DNA of 64,000 nucleotides from an uncultured Planctomycetia bacterium (GTDB taxonomy: Bacteria; Omnitrophota; Gorgyraeia; Tantalellales; Tantalellaceae), in the NCBI GenBank assembly GCA_964409365.1, contig CAYPCX010000006.1:21012-85011 (forward strand), read 5' to 3'. Each line of letters begins with the position of its first letter. Within the stretch, counting starts at the first letter, position 1. The notes beneath the pieces were generated by a model. The model searched no databases and was not told the origin of the DNA. It saw only the letters and a program-made list of their open reading frames with translations. The translations under genes and the position numbers were made by a program. Shown piece by piece: positions 39,174 to 48,329 of this stretch.

Positions 39174-39461
39174 CGTGAAAACTACACCTTCATCTTTAAG
39201 TATACGCCTCTTCTTTGCCACTCCTCCCGAATAGCCCCCGATGGTACCGTTGGACGCGATAACCCTGTGGCACGGCACCTCCGGCGCGAAAGGGTTCTTC
39301 GAAAGCGTCTGCCCCACGGCCCGGCTTGCCCCGGGCGAACCCGCTTTTTCGGCCACCCAGGCATACGACCGTGTTTGTCCTTGGGGTATCGCCAGAACGG
39401 CTTTGAGGACTTTTTTCTGAAAGGAGGTAAGGCCGGTGGCGTTATCGATCTTCTTTTTCAC
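39168..39461 (-). CDS. Single-domain MGMT/Ogt-family O6-alkylguanine transferase
   Basis: RAVG and active-site PCHRV motifs. Confidence 0.9.
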   Translation of the reverse strand: MKKKIDNATGLTSFQKKVLKAVLAIPQGQTRSYAWVAEKAGSPGASRAVGQTLSKNPFAPEVPCHRVIASNGTIGGYSGGVAKKRRILKDEGVVFTI

Positions 39462-41047
39462 TGTATCCTCGGGAATAACGGCTCTTCTTTGGCCACCTTC
39501 GTGCCGGCGGGGAATCTCCTCCAGTCGGATCCGTCTTTCGGCTCTTTGATCTCTTTCCTGATCTCTTCTTTCCCGAGGGCCTTATCCAGATCGCCTAACC
39601 CCAGTTGGGCCCACATCCTGCGCGCTGTCGTCGGCATGAAGGGGAAAAAAGCTATAGCGCATACCCTCAAGACCTCCAGTAGATCCGCCAGTATCAGCTT
39701 TATCGAACCCGTATCGCCTTTTTTCGAATATTCCCAGGGAGCGGAGACCTCGATATACTTGTTCGCCGCCCCGACCAGCAGCATTATATGTTCCAGCGCC
39801 TCTTTTATCTCGAGTTCCGGCCGGTCCACATACTCGCTCCTCATCTTCGGGAAAAGACCGGGTATACCCTCTTTCAGGGCGTTACTGCGCTTAACTTGCT
39901 CTCTGTCGGCTTTCTCGAGCGAGACCTCCGGAGCGGTGCCGTCGAAATATTTTTCCACCATGGTAAGGGTCCTGTTCAGGAGGTTGCCCAGATCGTTCGC
40001 CAGGTCGCTGTTATATAAAGTGACGAAGGCGTCCTCGCTGAATACACCGTCATTACCGAAAATAACGGCTTTTAGAAGAAAATACCGTATCGGGTCGACC
40101 CCGTATTTCGCCTTCAGTTCCAGGGGATCCACGATATTGCCTTTTGATTTCGACATCTTGTCCTCACCCATCTTCCACCAGCCATGGGCAAAGATCACTT
40201 CCGGCATCTCGAGGCCGGCGCTCTTGAGCATTATCGGCCAGTACACGGCATGGTGCCTCAGTATATCCTTCGCTATGACATGGAACTTAGGCGGCCACAC
40301 GTCGTCGAACTTCCTGCCGGCGGCCGTGATGCCCGAAATATAGTTGATCAGCGCGTCGAACCAGACATACAGGACATAATTCTTGTCGAACGGCAGCTCA
40401 ACCCCCCACGCCATCCTCTCTTTAGGCCGTGATATACAAAGATCGTTCAGCCCCTCTTTCAGGAATCCCAGGACCTCGTTCTTTCTGAACTTCGGCATTA
40501 TGAAACCCGGGTTGTCGTTTATATACTCCACCAGCCAGTCCTGATATTCGCTCATTTTGAAAAAATAGTTCTTTTCCTTTATGTGCTCGACCGGCCTCTT
40601 ACACTCGGGACATATGCCGTCCTCCGCCTGCGTCTCCGTCCAGAAGGTCTCGCAGGGAGTGCAGAACCAGCCGTCATATTCACCCAGATAAATGTCGCCC
40701 TTTTCATATATTCTCTGCAGGAACCGCTGCACCTGCTCTTCATGTTCCTTGTCCGTGGTGCGTATGAAATGATCATACTCCACGTCAAGCTCTTTCCAGA
40801 CCTTCTTAAAATTGGGCACTATCGTATCGACGAAATCCTTCTCTTTGCCTTTTTCGAAGCCCGCCGCCAGGCAGGCCTCTTCGATCTTCTCGCCGTGCTC
40901 GTCGGTCCCCGTGAGAAAAAACACCTCGTCACCGAGCATCTTGTGATACCGGGAAAGAGCGTCCACGGCGATCTGCGTGTACGCGTGGCCTATATGAGGA
41001 TTCGCATTGACGTAATAAATAGGGGTGGTGATATAGAACTTGCCCAT
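39458..41047 (-). CDS. metG: Methionyl-tRNA synthetase (short form, no C-terminal tRNA-binding domain)
   Basis: TTPIYY, HIGH, YVWFDAL and KMSKS motifs. Confidence 0.96.
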   Translation of the reverse strand: MGKFYITTPIYYVNANPHIGHAYTQIAVDALSRYHKMLGDEVFFLTGTDEHGEKIEEACLAAGFEKGKEKDFVDTIVPNFKKVWKELDVEYDHFIRTTDKEHEEQVQRFLQRIYEKGDIYLGEYDGWFCTPCETFWTETQAEDGICPECKRPVEHIKEKNYFFKMSEYQDWLVEYINDNPGFIMPKFRKNEVLGFLKEGLNDLCISRPKERMAWGVELPFDKNYVLYVWFDALINYISGITAAGRKFDDVWPPKFHVIAKDILRHHAVYWPIMLKSAGLEMPEVIFAHGWWKMGEDKMSKSKGNIVDPLELKAKYGVDPIRYFLLKAVIFGNDGVFSEDAFVTLYNSDLANDLGNLLNRTLTMVEKYFDGTAPEVSLEKADREQVKRSNALKEGIPGLFPKMRSEYVDRPELEIKEALEHIMLLVGAANKYIEVSAPWEYSKKGDTGSIKLILADLLEVLRVCAIAFFPFMPTTARRMWAQLGLGDLDKALGKEEIRKEIKEPKDGSDWRRFPAGTKVAKEEPLFPRIQ

Positions 41048-41051
41048 CGCC

Positions 41052-41861
41052 TTACTTCTTCTCCTCCTCCTTGAGCTCATCCATCCTGATGTCCTTGATC
41101 TTGCCGTCTCCCAGGTCGATAGTGGCCGTTCTTTTCAGAGGGTTGACCGCCATCACCCTGCCTTTGCCCCAGGAGGTCTTGATCTCCTTGCCTATCCTGG
41201 GCATCCCTTTCGAACACTCCTTGTAGCATTCGAACTCGTAGCTCAAACAGCACATGAGCCGCCCGCAGAGCCCCGATATCTTGGAAGGGTTAAGCGGCAG
41301 GTTCTGCACCTTGGCCATTTTTATCGTGACGGGGTCGAAATCCTTGAGGAACGACATACAGCAGAGCTCCCTGCCGCACGGTCCGTGACCCCCCAGCATC
41401 CTGGCTTCGTCCCTTACGCCGATCTGCCTGAGCTCTATACGCACCCTGAATATGCTCGCCAGGTCGCGGACCAGGTTCCGGAAGTCCACCCGGCTATCCG
41501 AGGTGAAATAGAATATTATCTTTGACCTGTCAAAGGAATATTCCGCGTCCACCAGTTTCATCGGCAGTTTATGTTCGCGGATCTTTTTCTCGCAAAGGTT
41601 CATCAGGTCTTTCGTCTTGGCCTTGTTCTTGGCTATCTGCTTCTCGTCCCAGGGGTTGGCTTTCCTGATGATCTTCCTCAGCGGCTTCTCGATCGAACTT
41701 ATATCGATGACCTTTTCTTCCATGGAGACGATCTCGCCGTATTCAAGCCCCCTGTCGGCCTCGACGATGACCTTCTCGCCCGCTTCGAACTTCATCCCGT
41801 TGGTCAGAAAATACTTTATCTCTCCGGCAGCCCTTAGCTGCACCTGTATGATCTCGTACAT
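41052..41861 (-). CDS. ricT: PSP1-domain / RicT (YaaT) family protein
   Basis: RVDFR.LV, IELRQIGVRDEA, CGRELCC and SGLCGRLMCCL motifs. Confidence 0.92.
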   Translation of the reverse strand: MYEIIQVQLRAAGEIKYFLTNGMKFEAGEKVIVEADRGLEYGEIVSMEEKVIDISSIEKPLRKIIRKANPWDEKQIAKNKAKTKDLMNLCEKKIREHKLPMKLVDAEYSFDRSKIIFYFTSDSRVDFRNLVRDLASIFRVRIELRQIGVRDEARMLGGHGPCGRELCCMSFLKDFDPVTIKMAKVQNLPLNPSKISGLCGRLMCCLSYEFECYKECSKGMPRIGKEIKTSWGKGRVMAVNPLKRTATIDLGDGKIKDIRMDELKEEEKK

Positions 41862-41884
41862 GTTAACTCCCCATCTATCTGTAT

Positions 41885-42003
41885 CAGAAGTCAGATGTCA
41901 GAAGACAGAAATCAGATATTAGGTGTTTGCTGTTGGAGGACACTATAATCTTTTTTCTGTCCTCTGTTCTCTGTCTTCTGTTTTCTGTCCTCTGTTCTCT
42001 GAG
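41885..42003. repeat. Inverted heptamer arrays (CAGAWGN)n ... (YTCTGTY)n
   Basis: cagaagt cagatgt cagaaga cagaaat cagatat taggtgt ... ttctgtc ctctgtt ctctgtc ttctgtt ttctgtc ctctgtt ctctgag. Confidence 0.92.
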
Positions 42004-42012
42004 ACTTTTCGT

Positions 42013-42984
42013 TCACTTGAGCGCACTCGGCAGTACCTGCGCCACGAGTTTCGGGTTCACGTTACCCGCCAGAGCCCGTCTGAGCCTTGTCAACTTTCCG
42101 ACTATATCGTAGATCTTTTCCAGGGAATATCCCCTGTAATACCCGTACATATCCGTGCTTCCCAGGCCCCTGTCCAGGGCCATCTCCTCAAGCCCTTCCT
42201 TTCCCAGGGCTATGTCACGGAAGAACATGGTCAAAAGTTCCAGGTCTTCCAGAAGAGAATTCCTGTCGTCCGTGTTCCAGTTCATGCAGGAAGCGTTGTC
42301 CTCTTTCGCTATTTTTCCCATGATACCCGCCAGTTCCCTTTTCTCGTCCAGGAGGCCCTCTTCTATCATCTCAAGCGCTTTCCCCGGAGATCCCTGGGAA
42401 AAACACGCGAGGAATTCAGCCGTATCCCTGTCGGTCCCCGATTCCCGCATGATCATATTCCGCGCTTCGTCCGTCCGGAGCGACCGGAACCTCACTTCCG
42501 AACAACGCGAAAGGACCGTCGGAAGAAGCATCTCCTTTTTGCTCGAGATAAGTATGAGCATGGACTGCGCCGGGGGTTCTTCCAGTATCTTCAAAAGCGC
42601 GTTCGAAGCTTCCACCGTCATCATATGGGCGTCCTCTATCACGCAGACGTTGACCGGAGCCTCGTACGGCTTGAGGCTCAGCGCTTCCCTGGCGCGGCGC
42701 ACTTCCTCTATCTTGATCTTCCTGTTCTTCTCCGGCTTTATCCAGTTGAGGTCGGGGTGGTCCAGGGCCCTGATCCTCCTGCATGACGGGCAGACGCCGC
42801 ACGCTTCGGCCGAGGTCTTATCAGAGCAGATAAGCTCCATCAGGAAGGCCTTTGCCGTAAGCGCGCGTCCCACGCCCTCGGGCCCGAAGAACAGGTAGCT
42901 TGAAGCCACCCGCCCGGCGGACAGGCTGCCGCGCAGATATCTTACGGCGTTATCCTGCCCTTTTATGTCTCTCAACAGCACCAT
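42013..42984 (-). CDS. holB: DNA polymerase III delta' subunit
   Basis: CGVCPSC, HPD, NALLKILEEPP and TVLSRC motifs. Confidence 0.94.
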   Translation of the reverse strand: MVLLRDIKGQDNAVRYLRGSLSAGRVASSYLFFGPEGVGRALTAKAFLMELICSDKTSAEACGVCPSCRRIRALDHPDLNWIKPEKNRKIKIEEVRRAREALSLKPYEAPVNVCVIEDAHMMTVEASNALLKILEEPPAQSMLILISSKKEMLLPTVLSRCSEVRFRSLRTDEARNMIMRESGTDRDTAEFLACFSQGSPGKALEMIEEGLLDEKRELAGIMGKIAKEDNASCMNWNTDDRNSLLEDLELLTMFFRDIALGKEGLEEMALDRGLGSTDMYGYYRGYSLEKIYDIVGKLTRLRRALAGNVNPKLVAQVLPSALK

Positions 42985-43603
42985 AAACCTCTTCCTTCAC
43001 CGAACGATACGTGCGGTCCTTGTCCTCGTGCACGTCTATTATCCTGAACCTGTCGGGGGACGCTTCAGCCATAGCAAGGTACCCCTCGCGGACCTTCTCA
43101 TGGAACCCGACGCTCCTTTTCTCCATCCTGTCGGCAGGCCCGACCTTACCGGCGCGCTCCAGGCCTGTCACGACGTCGACATCGAGCAGTATCGTAAGAT
43201 CGGGGGCAAGCCCTCCTGTCGAAAAACCGTCGACCTTCTTCACGAAATCCATGTCCATGCCGAGACCATATCCCTGATAAGCGAACGTCGCGGTATTATA
43301 ACGGTCGCATATCACTATCTTACCGGCTTCGATGGCGGGGCGGATGACCTCTTCGACATGCTGTGCCCTATCCGCTTCGAAAAGAAAAAGTTCCGAGCCG
43401 TTTCCCATCGCCAGGCCGTCCTTCATGAGAAGTATTTCCCGTATCTTCCCGCCCAGCGGCGTGCCCCCCGGTTCGGCCGTGTATACGGCCTCATAACCGT
43501 CGGAGGAAAGCTCCTCGTACACGCGCTTCGCCTGCGTACTTTTGCCGCAGCCTTCAGGGCCCTCGAACGCTATGAAAAGGCCTTTCGTCAGCTTCTTCTC
43601 CAT
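42950..43603 (-). CDS. tmk: Thymidylate kinase
   Basis: FEGPEGCGKST, EPGG, CDRY and AYQG motifs. Confidence 0.96.
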   Translation of the reverse strand: MEKKLTKGLFIAFEGPEGCGKSTQAKRVYEELSSDGYEAVYTAEPGGTPLGGKIREILLMKDGLAMGNGSELFLFEADRAQHVEEVIRPAIEAGKIVICDRYNTATFAYQGYGLGMDMDFVKKVDGFSTGGLAPDLTILLDVDVVTGLERAGKVGPADRMEKRSVGFHEKVREGYLAMAEASPDRFRIIDVHEDKDRTYRSVKEEVYGAVERHKRAG

Positions 43604-45060
43604 ACCGGTCCCTCCGGGGTATCTTCGACGACCACTCCCATATCCGCGAGCCGTCCGCGTATCCTGTCGGCCCCGTCGTAATCTTTTTCCTTTCTGGCCG
43701 TCTCCCTCTCCGCTACCAGGCGCTCTATCTGATCCGTGTCCTCTTCTTCAACCTGAACCGGCCTAAGGGACAGGCCGAGTATATCCGCGAAGCGCAGGAT
43801 ATAATTCTTCACCGCGCCGGCAAGATACGCTTTGCCCCCGGCGTCCAATCCTTCATCAGCGAGGGAATCGTTACCGGTCCTCACCGCCTCGAAGAGAACC
43901 GAGAGGGCCATAGGCGTATTAAAATCGTCGTTCATCGCTTCGTCGAACTTTTCCTGCAGGCCGTTGACCGTCTCCTGGGCTTTTTGCAAGATATCCGCGT
44001 CCCGCGGGGCTTTTTTTCCGGCCGTCTCTTTCATCAGCCGGTCGACCTTGCCGAAGAAGATCATCACCCTTTCCTTGGAACGCTTCGCCTCTTCTATTTT
44101 CGCGTCGGTATAATCCATCGGGCTGCGGTAATGGCTGTTCAGGAACGCCAGTTTCAAGAGGTCCGGGTCTTTGTGCCTTTCAAGAAAATCGGAAATCGTG
44201 ATGTAGTTACCGAGAGATTTTGACATCTTTTCGCCGCCGACGCTCAAAAGGCCGTTATGTATCCAGTAATTCGCGAAATCCCGGCCGGTAGCGGCTTCCG
44301 CCTGGGCTATCTCGTTCTCGTGATGCGGGAAAATAAGGTCGAGCCCGCCCCCGTGAATATCGAACTGCGCGCCCAGGAGGTTCGTGCTCATCACCGAACA
44401 CTCTATATGCCACCCGGGCCTCCCGTCTCCCCAGGGACTCTCCCAGGAAGGCTCGTAAGGCTTGGCTTCCTTCCATAACGCGAAATCCAGCGGATGCCGT
44501 TTTTTCTCGTCCACGTCTATACGCACGCCGTGCATCATCTCGTCCTTGTCCTGTTTTGACAGTTTGCCGTAATCGGGAAAACTTTCCACGCTGAAGTAGA
44601 CGTCCCCTCCGGCGACATAGGCGAAACCTTTGTCGATCAAGGTCTTTATGAACATTATCATCTGGTCTATGGCCTCGGTGGCCTTCGGCTCGACGACAGG
44701 CGGTTTTATCCCCAGGACATCCATCTGCTGGTGATATATGTCAAGATAGCGGACGGCGACCTCGCTGACCCTCTCCTTAAGCCTGCCGGATGACGCGTTC
44801 TCCCCTATTTCCGTGAGCTCCTCGGTGGCCTTCTTTATTATTTTGTCGTCCACGTCGGTCACGTTCCTCACGAACAGCACCTCGAACCCGGCGTACTCTA
44901 AATATCTCCTGATGATATCGAAGACATAAGCGCTCCTGGCATGCCCGATGTGAGGCACGTCATAAACGGTGGGCCCGCAGACATACATCCTTACATTATC
45001 CCGTTCTATAGGCCGGAACTCTTCCTTTTTCCTCGTAAGTGTATTGTATATCGTTATCAT
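43588..45060 (-). CDS. cysS: Cysteinyl-tRNA synthetase
   Basis: CGPTVY, HIGH, GRPGWHIECS and KMSKS motifs; start at MITIYN. Confidence 0.97.
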   Translation of the reverse strand: MITIYNTLTRKKEEFRPIERDNVRMYVCGPTVYDVPHIGHARSAYVFDIIRRYLEYAGFEVLFVRNVTDVDDKIIKKATEELTEIGENASSGRLKERVSEVAVRYLDIYHQQMDVLGIKPPVVEPKATEAIDQMIMFIKTLIDKGFAYVAGGDVYFSVESFPDYGKLSKQDKDEMMHGVRIDVDEKKRHPLDFALWKEAKPYEPSWESPWGDGRPGWHIECSVMSTNLLGAQFDIHGGGLDLIFPHHENEIAQAEAATGRDFANYWIHNGLLSVGGEKMSKSLGNYITISDFLERHKDPDLLKLAFLNSHYRSPMDYTDAKIEEAKRSKERVMIFFGKVDRLMKETAGKKAPRDADILQKAQETVNGLQEKFDEAMNDDFNTPMALSVLFEAVRTGNDSLADEGLDAGGKAYLAGAVKNYILRFADILGLSLRPVQVEEEDTDQIERLVAERETARKEKDYDGADRIRGRLADMGVVVEDTPEGPVWRRS

Positions 45061-45100
45061 ATCCACTATCCAGAATCGAACTTCAAGTTTGTAACCAGTA

Positions 45101-45198
45101 ACCAGTGAAAAAAGCATAGCTCAAAGGGCATAGCGCACAGCGTAAAACTGTAACACTTTGCTCTTTGCGCTTAACTCTTTGCAATCAAAGACCCAACA
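45101..45198. mobile_element. ~97-bp MITE-like element with heptamer arms, copy A
   Basis: Reverse complement aligns by eye to 47126-47222 with ~9 substitutions and 1 indel. Confidence 0.7.
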
Positions 45199-45208
45199 CT
45201 CACCGGCG

Positions 45209-45940
45209 TTAATCTTTCTTTTCCCTTTCTTCCTTGGCCTTCTCGTGGTGGTCCTGGATCTCCGATTCGATATGGTCTATCTCATGCTGCAGTCTTTCCA
45301 GGGCCTGTTGAAGCGGGTCGGGGAGGGACGAATGGTCCAGGTTAACGCCGCCGGGCAGGCGCTTGCCCCGTCTTTTGGCTACCCTGCCGGGAACGCCGAC
45401 CACCGTGGAGTCGTCCGGGACGTCGCGCAATACCACCGCGTTGGCGCCGACCATGACGTTATTCCCGATGTTTATGTTGCCGAGTATCTTCGCGCCGGCT
45501 CCCACCACGACGTTGTTCCCGAGAGTGGGATGGCGTTTACCTCTCTCCTTGCCCGTCCCACCGAGCGTAACGCCCTGGAAAAGCGTCACGTTGTCGCCGA
45601 TCACGGCCGTTTCACCTATCACCACGCCCATACCGTGGTCTATAAAAAGGCCGTGCCCTATCTGCGCGCCGGGGTGTATCTCTATACCTGTCACCCACTT
45701 GACCAGTTGTGACAGGTAACGCGACAGGAACGGCATCTTCATCTTGCTGAGCCTGTGCGTTATCCTGTAGGCCGTGATGGCATGAAAACCCGAATAAGTG
45801 AAGACCACTTCCACATAACTTGTAGCGGCGGGGTCCCTATCCATGGCCGCTTTTATCTCGTCCTCGAAAAAAAGGCGCATCGTCATGTAATATATCACTA
45901 AAAACACCGCGATCCATATCAATACGGTCAAAAAGATCAT
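45209..45940 (-). CDS. cysE: Serine O-acetyltransferase with an N-terminal hydrophobic helix
   Basis: RDPAA, TGIEIHPGA, FIDHGMGVVIGET and KRHPT motifs; ATGA overlap with ispF. Confidence 0.93.
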   Translation of the reverse strand: MIFLTVLIWIAVFLVIYYMTMRLFFEDEIKAAMDRDPAATSYVEVVFTYSGFHAITAYRITHRLSKMKMPFLSRYLSQLVKWVTGIEIHPGAQIGHGLFIDHGMGVVIGETAVIGDNVTLFQGVTLGGTGKERGKRHPTLGNNVVVGAGAKILGNINIGNNVMVGANAVVLRDVPDDSTVVGVPGRVAKRRGKRLPGGVNLDHSSLPDPLQQALERLQHEIDHIESEIQDHHEKAKEEREKKD

Positions 45941-46419
45941 CGCGTATCCTCCTCTTCCAGCAACACCACCACATACGCGGCTACGGCTTCACCTTTGCCC
46001 ACTGCGCCGAGCTTTTCGGCTGTCTTGGCTTTTATGCTGATGTTGCCTCCGGATGTTCCCAACATGTCCGCTATCACGCCGGCCATTTCCTCGCGATACG
46101 GACCGATCTTCGGCTCTTCGGCTATGATCACGCAGTCAAGGTTATGGACCGACAGGCCTTTATCGTCCATGAGCCCCTTGACGTCCTTCAAAAGTTCTTT
46201 ACTGGATATGTCCTTGTACTTCGGGTCGGTGTCGGGGAATCTCATGCCGATATCCCCCTTGCTCAGCGCCCCGAGAATGGCGTCGCATATCGCGTGAAGA
46301 AGGGCATCGCCGTCGGAATGGCCTTCGGGCCCCTTGGGAAAAGGGATGTTCACCCCTCCCAGGACCATCGGCCGCCCCTCGGCAAGCCTGTGTATGTCAA
46401 ACCCTATCCCTATTCTCAT
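45937..46419 (-). CDS. ispF: MECDP synthase
   Basis: RIGIGFDIH, GHSDGD, GDIG and KAKTAE motifs. Confidence 0.96.
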   Translation of the reverse strand: MRIGIGFDIHRLAEGRPMVLGGVNIPFPKGPEGHSDGDALLHAICDAILGALSKGDIGMRFPDTDPKYKDISSKELLKDVKGLMDDKGLSVHNLDCVIIAEEPKIGPYREEMAGVIADMLGTSGGNISIKAKTAEKLGAVGKGEAVAAYVVVLLEEEDTR

Positions 46420-47092
46420 TCAATATCGCCTCGGCGACGGTAAGATCCGCGGGTACCGTCACTTTTATGTTCGTCACATCACCCATGACCATGCGTACCT
46501 TATGCCCCATGCGCTCTACAAGACACGAATCATCCGTGAGGGCCTTCCCCCTGGAAGCGCCATACGCCTTCTTTATGATACCGTACCTGAAAGCCTGCGG
46601 CGTCTGGGCTTCCCAGAGCTTCTTCCGGTCGGGCGTGCCTTCTATAACGTTGCCTTTTCCCACGCTTTTTATCGTGGCGGTGCACGGCACGCCGACCACC
46701 GCGGCGCCGTGGGCCGCGGCCGAATCGACCGCCGCCCGTATGACGGGTTCCGTGATAAAAGGCCGTACCCCGTCATGTATGACGACTATGTCATCGTTTT
46801 CGGCCTCTATCGCTTCTATGCCGTTGTTTACCGATCCCGTCCTGGAATCCGCGCCGGGAAAAATACCCGCGATCTTGCCGAACCCGTGCAGGGCTACCAG
46901 TTCCGCGGCCTTGTCGATATATTTCTCTTTTACTACAAGGACCACTTCGTCCACGGCGGCCGACCCGACAAAACGCTCCAGGACGTAAGCCAGTATGGGC
47001 TTCCCTCCCAGTTCAAGGAAGGGTTTGGCGTCCTGGCCGCTTTCCATCCTCTTGCCGGAACCGGCAGCGGCTATCAAAGCTATCGTCTTCAT
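46397..47092 (-). CDS. ispD: MEP cytidylyltransferase
   Basis: AAGSGKRM, IHDGVRP, QTPQAF, TDD and NIKVT motifs. Confidence 0.96.
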   Translation of the reverse strand: MKTIALIAAAGSGKRMESGQDAKPFLELGGKPILAYVLERFVGSAAVDEVVLVVKEKYIDKAAELVALHGFGKIAGIFPGADSRTGSVNNGIEAIEAENDDIVVIHDGVRPFITEPVIRAAVDSAAAHGAAVVGVPCTATIKSVGKGNVIEGTPDRKKLWEAQTPQAFRYGIIKKAYGASRGKALTDDSCLVERMGHKVRMVMGDVTNIKVTVPADLTVAEAILNENRDRV

Positions 47093-47101
47093 CTCTATAT
47101 T

Positions 47102-47262
47102 CTTGATACTCGATACTTGCTACAATGTTGAATCTTTGATTGCAAAGAGCTAAGCGCATAGAGCAAAGAATTACAGTTTTACGCTGTACGCTATGCCCTT
47201 TGCGCTATGCGTTTTCACTGGTACTTGTTACTTTTTCCTTGTTCCTTGTTACTTGTTACTCA
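47102..47262. mobile_element. MITE-like element copy B (47126-47222) embedded in TACTTGT-type heptamer arrays
   Basis: Inverted copy of 45101-45198, flanked by cttgata ctcgata cttgcta and tacttgt tactttt tccttgt tccttgt tacttgt tactca. Confidence 0.7.
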
Positions 47263-48288
47263 CTGATGCCTTTTTTGCTCGGGCCTCTCGGGCCTTTCAA
47301 CAAGATTGGCGAATATCATCCTGCCGGCGGAGGTCTGCAGCACGCTCGTGACGGAAACGTTCACGGTCCTTCCTATACACTTTCTCGCGTTATCGACCAC
47401 TATCATGGTCCCGTCGTCCATGAAGGCCACGCCCTGGTTCCGCTCTTTTCCCTCTTTCTTGATGTAAGCCGTCATCTGTTCTCCCGGGAACACTACCGGG
47501 CGCAGCGCGTTGGCCAGGTCGTTGATGTTCAGGACCGTTACCCCTTCAAGTTTGGCCACCTTGTTGAGGTTGAAATCGTTCGTCAGGACCCGGCAATCGA
47601 GTATCCTTGCCAGGCGTATGAGCTTCGCGTCGACCTCCTTGACGTCCGGGAGGTTCTCCTCATGTATTATCACTTCCGTCTGGGGCATGCCTTTCAGGCG
47701 GTTCAGCATGTCCAGCCCCCTGCGTCCCCTGTTACGCTTGGTGTCATCGGAACTGTCCGCTATCTGGTGCAGCTCCTGCAGGACGAACCTCGGGATGACG
47801 AGCCTGCCCTCGAGGAAACCCGTCTCGCAGATACCGGCGATCCTGCCGTCGATTATCACGCTGGTATCCAGAAGAAGCAGCTGGTCCTTCTGGTCCTCGC
47901 GAGAAAACCGCACGTACGGTATCACCAGGTTGAACTCGTCCTTGCCTTTTAGCGCGATGACCATGCCCAGATAGCAGAAGACAAGCGTGAACGCTATCTG
48001 CAGCACGGAATAGATCACCTCATCCATGGGTATCAGGCGGACTATCAGGGTGACCATCCACGCCATGAAAAAACCGAAAACCAGGCCGAAAGCCGCCGCC
48101 GACAAGTTACGCAGCGACACGTGCTTCAACTTGACCTCCAAAAGTATCAGGAGCAACGCGCAGACGAACCCGGCACCGGCGCCGATCATGGCGCCCTCCC
48201 TTGAAAGATCTGTCAAGAGAGACCCGACGTAATACCCGCATACTACGCTCAGGATCAGAAAAAATGCCCTTATGAACCTTTCAGTCAT
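47260..48288 (-). CDS. PIN/TRAM domain membrane protein (YacL-like)
   Basis: N-terminal TMs; LDTSVIIDGRI, RGRRGLD, TNDFNLNKVA and QTSAGRMIF motifs. Confidence 0.93.
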   Translation of the reverse strand: MTERFIRAFFLILSVVCGYYVGSLLTDLSREGAMIGAGAGFVCALLLILLEVKLKHVSLRNLSAAAFGLVFGFFMAWMVTLIVRLIPMDEVIYSVLQIAFTLVFCYLGMVIALKGKDEFNLVIPYVRFSREDQKDQLLLLDTSVIIDGRIAGICETGFLEGRLVIPRFVLQELHQIADSSDDTKRNRGRRGLDMLNRLKGMPQTEVIIHEENLPDVKEVDAKLIRLARILDCRVLTNDFNLNKVAKLEGVTVLNINDLANALRPVVFPGEQMTAYIKKEGKERNQGVAFMDDGTMIVVDNARKCIGRTVNVSVTSVLQTSAGRMIFANLVERPERPEQKRHQ

Positions 48289-48329
48289 CAGTTATCACAC
48301 ATCCTTTCCTAAAAAAACATATAAATGGC

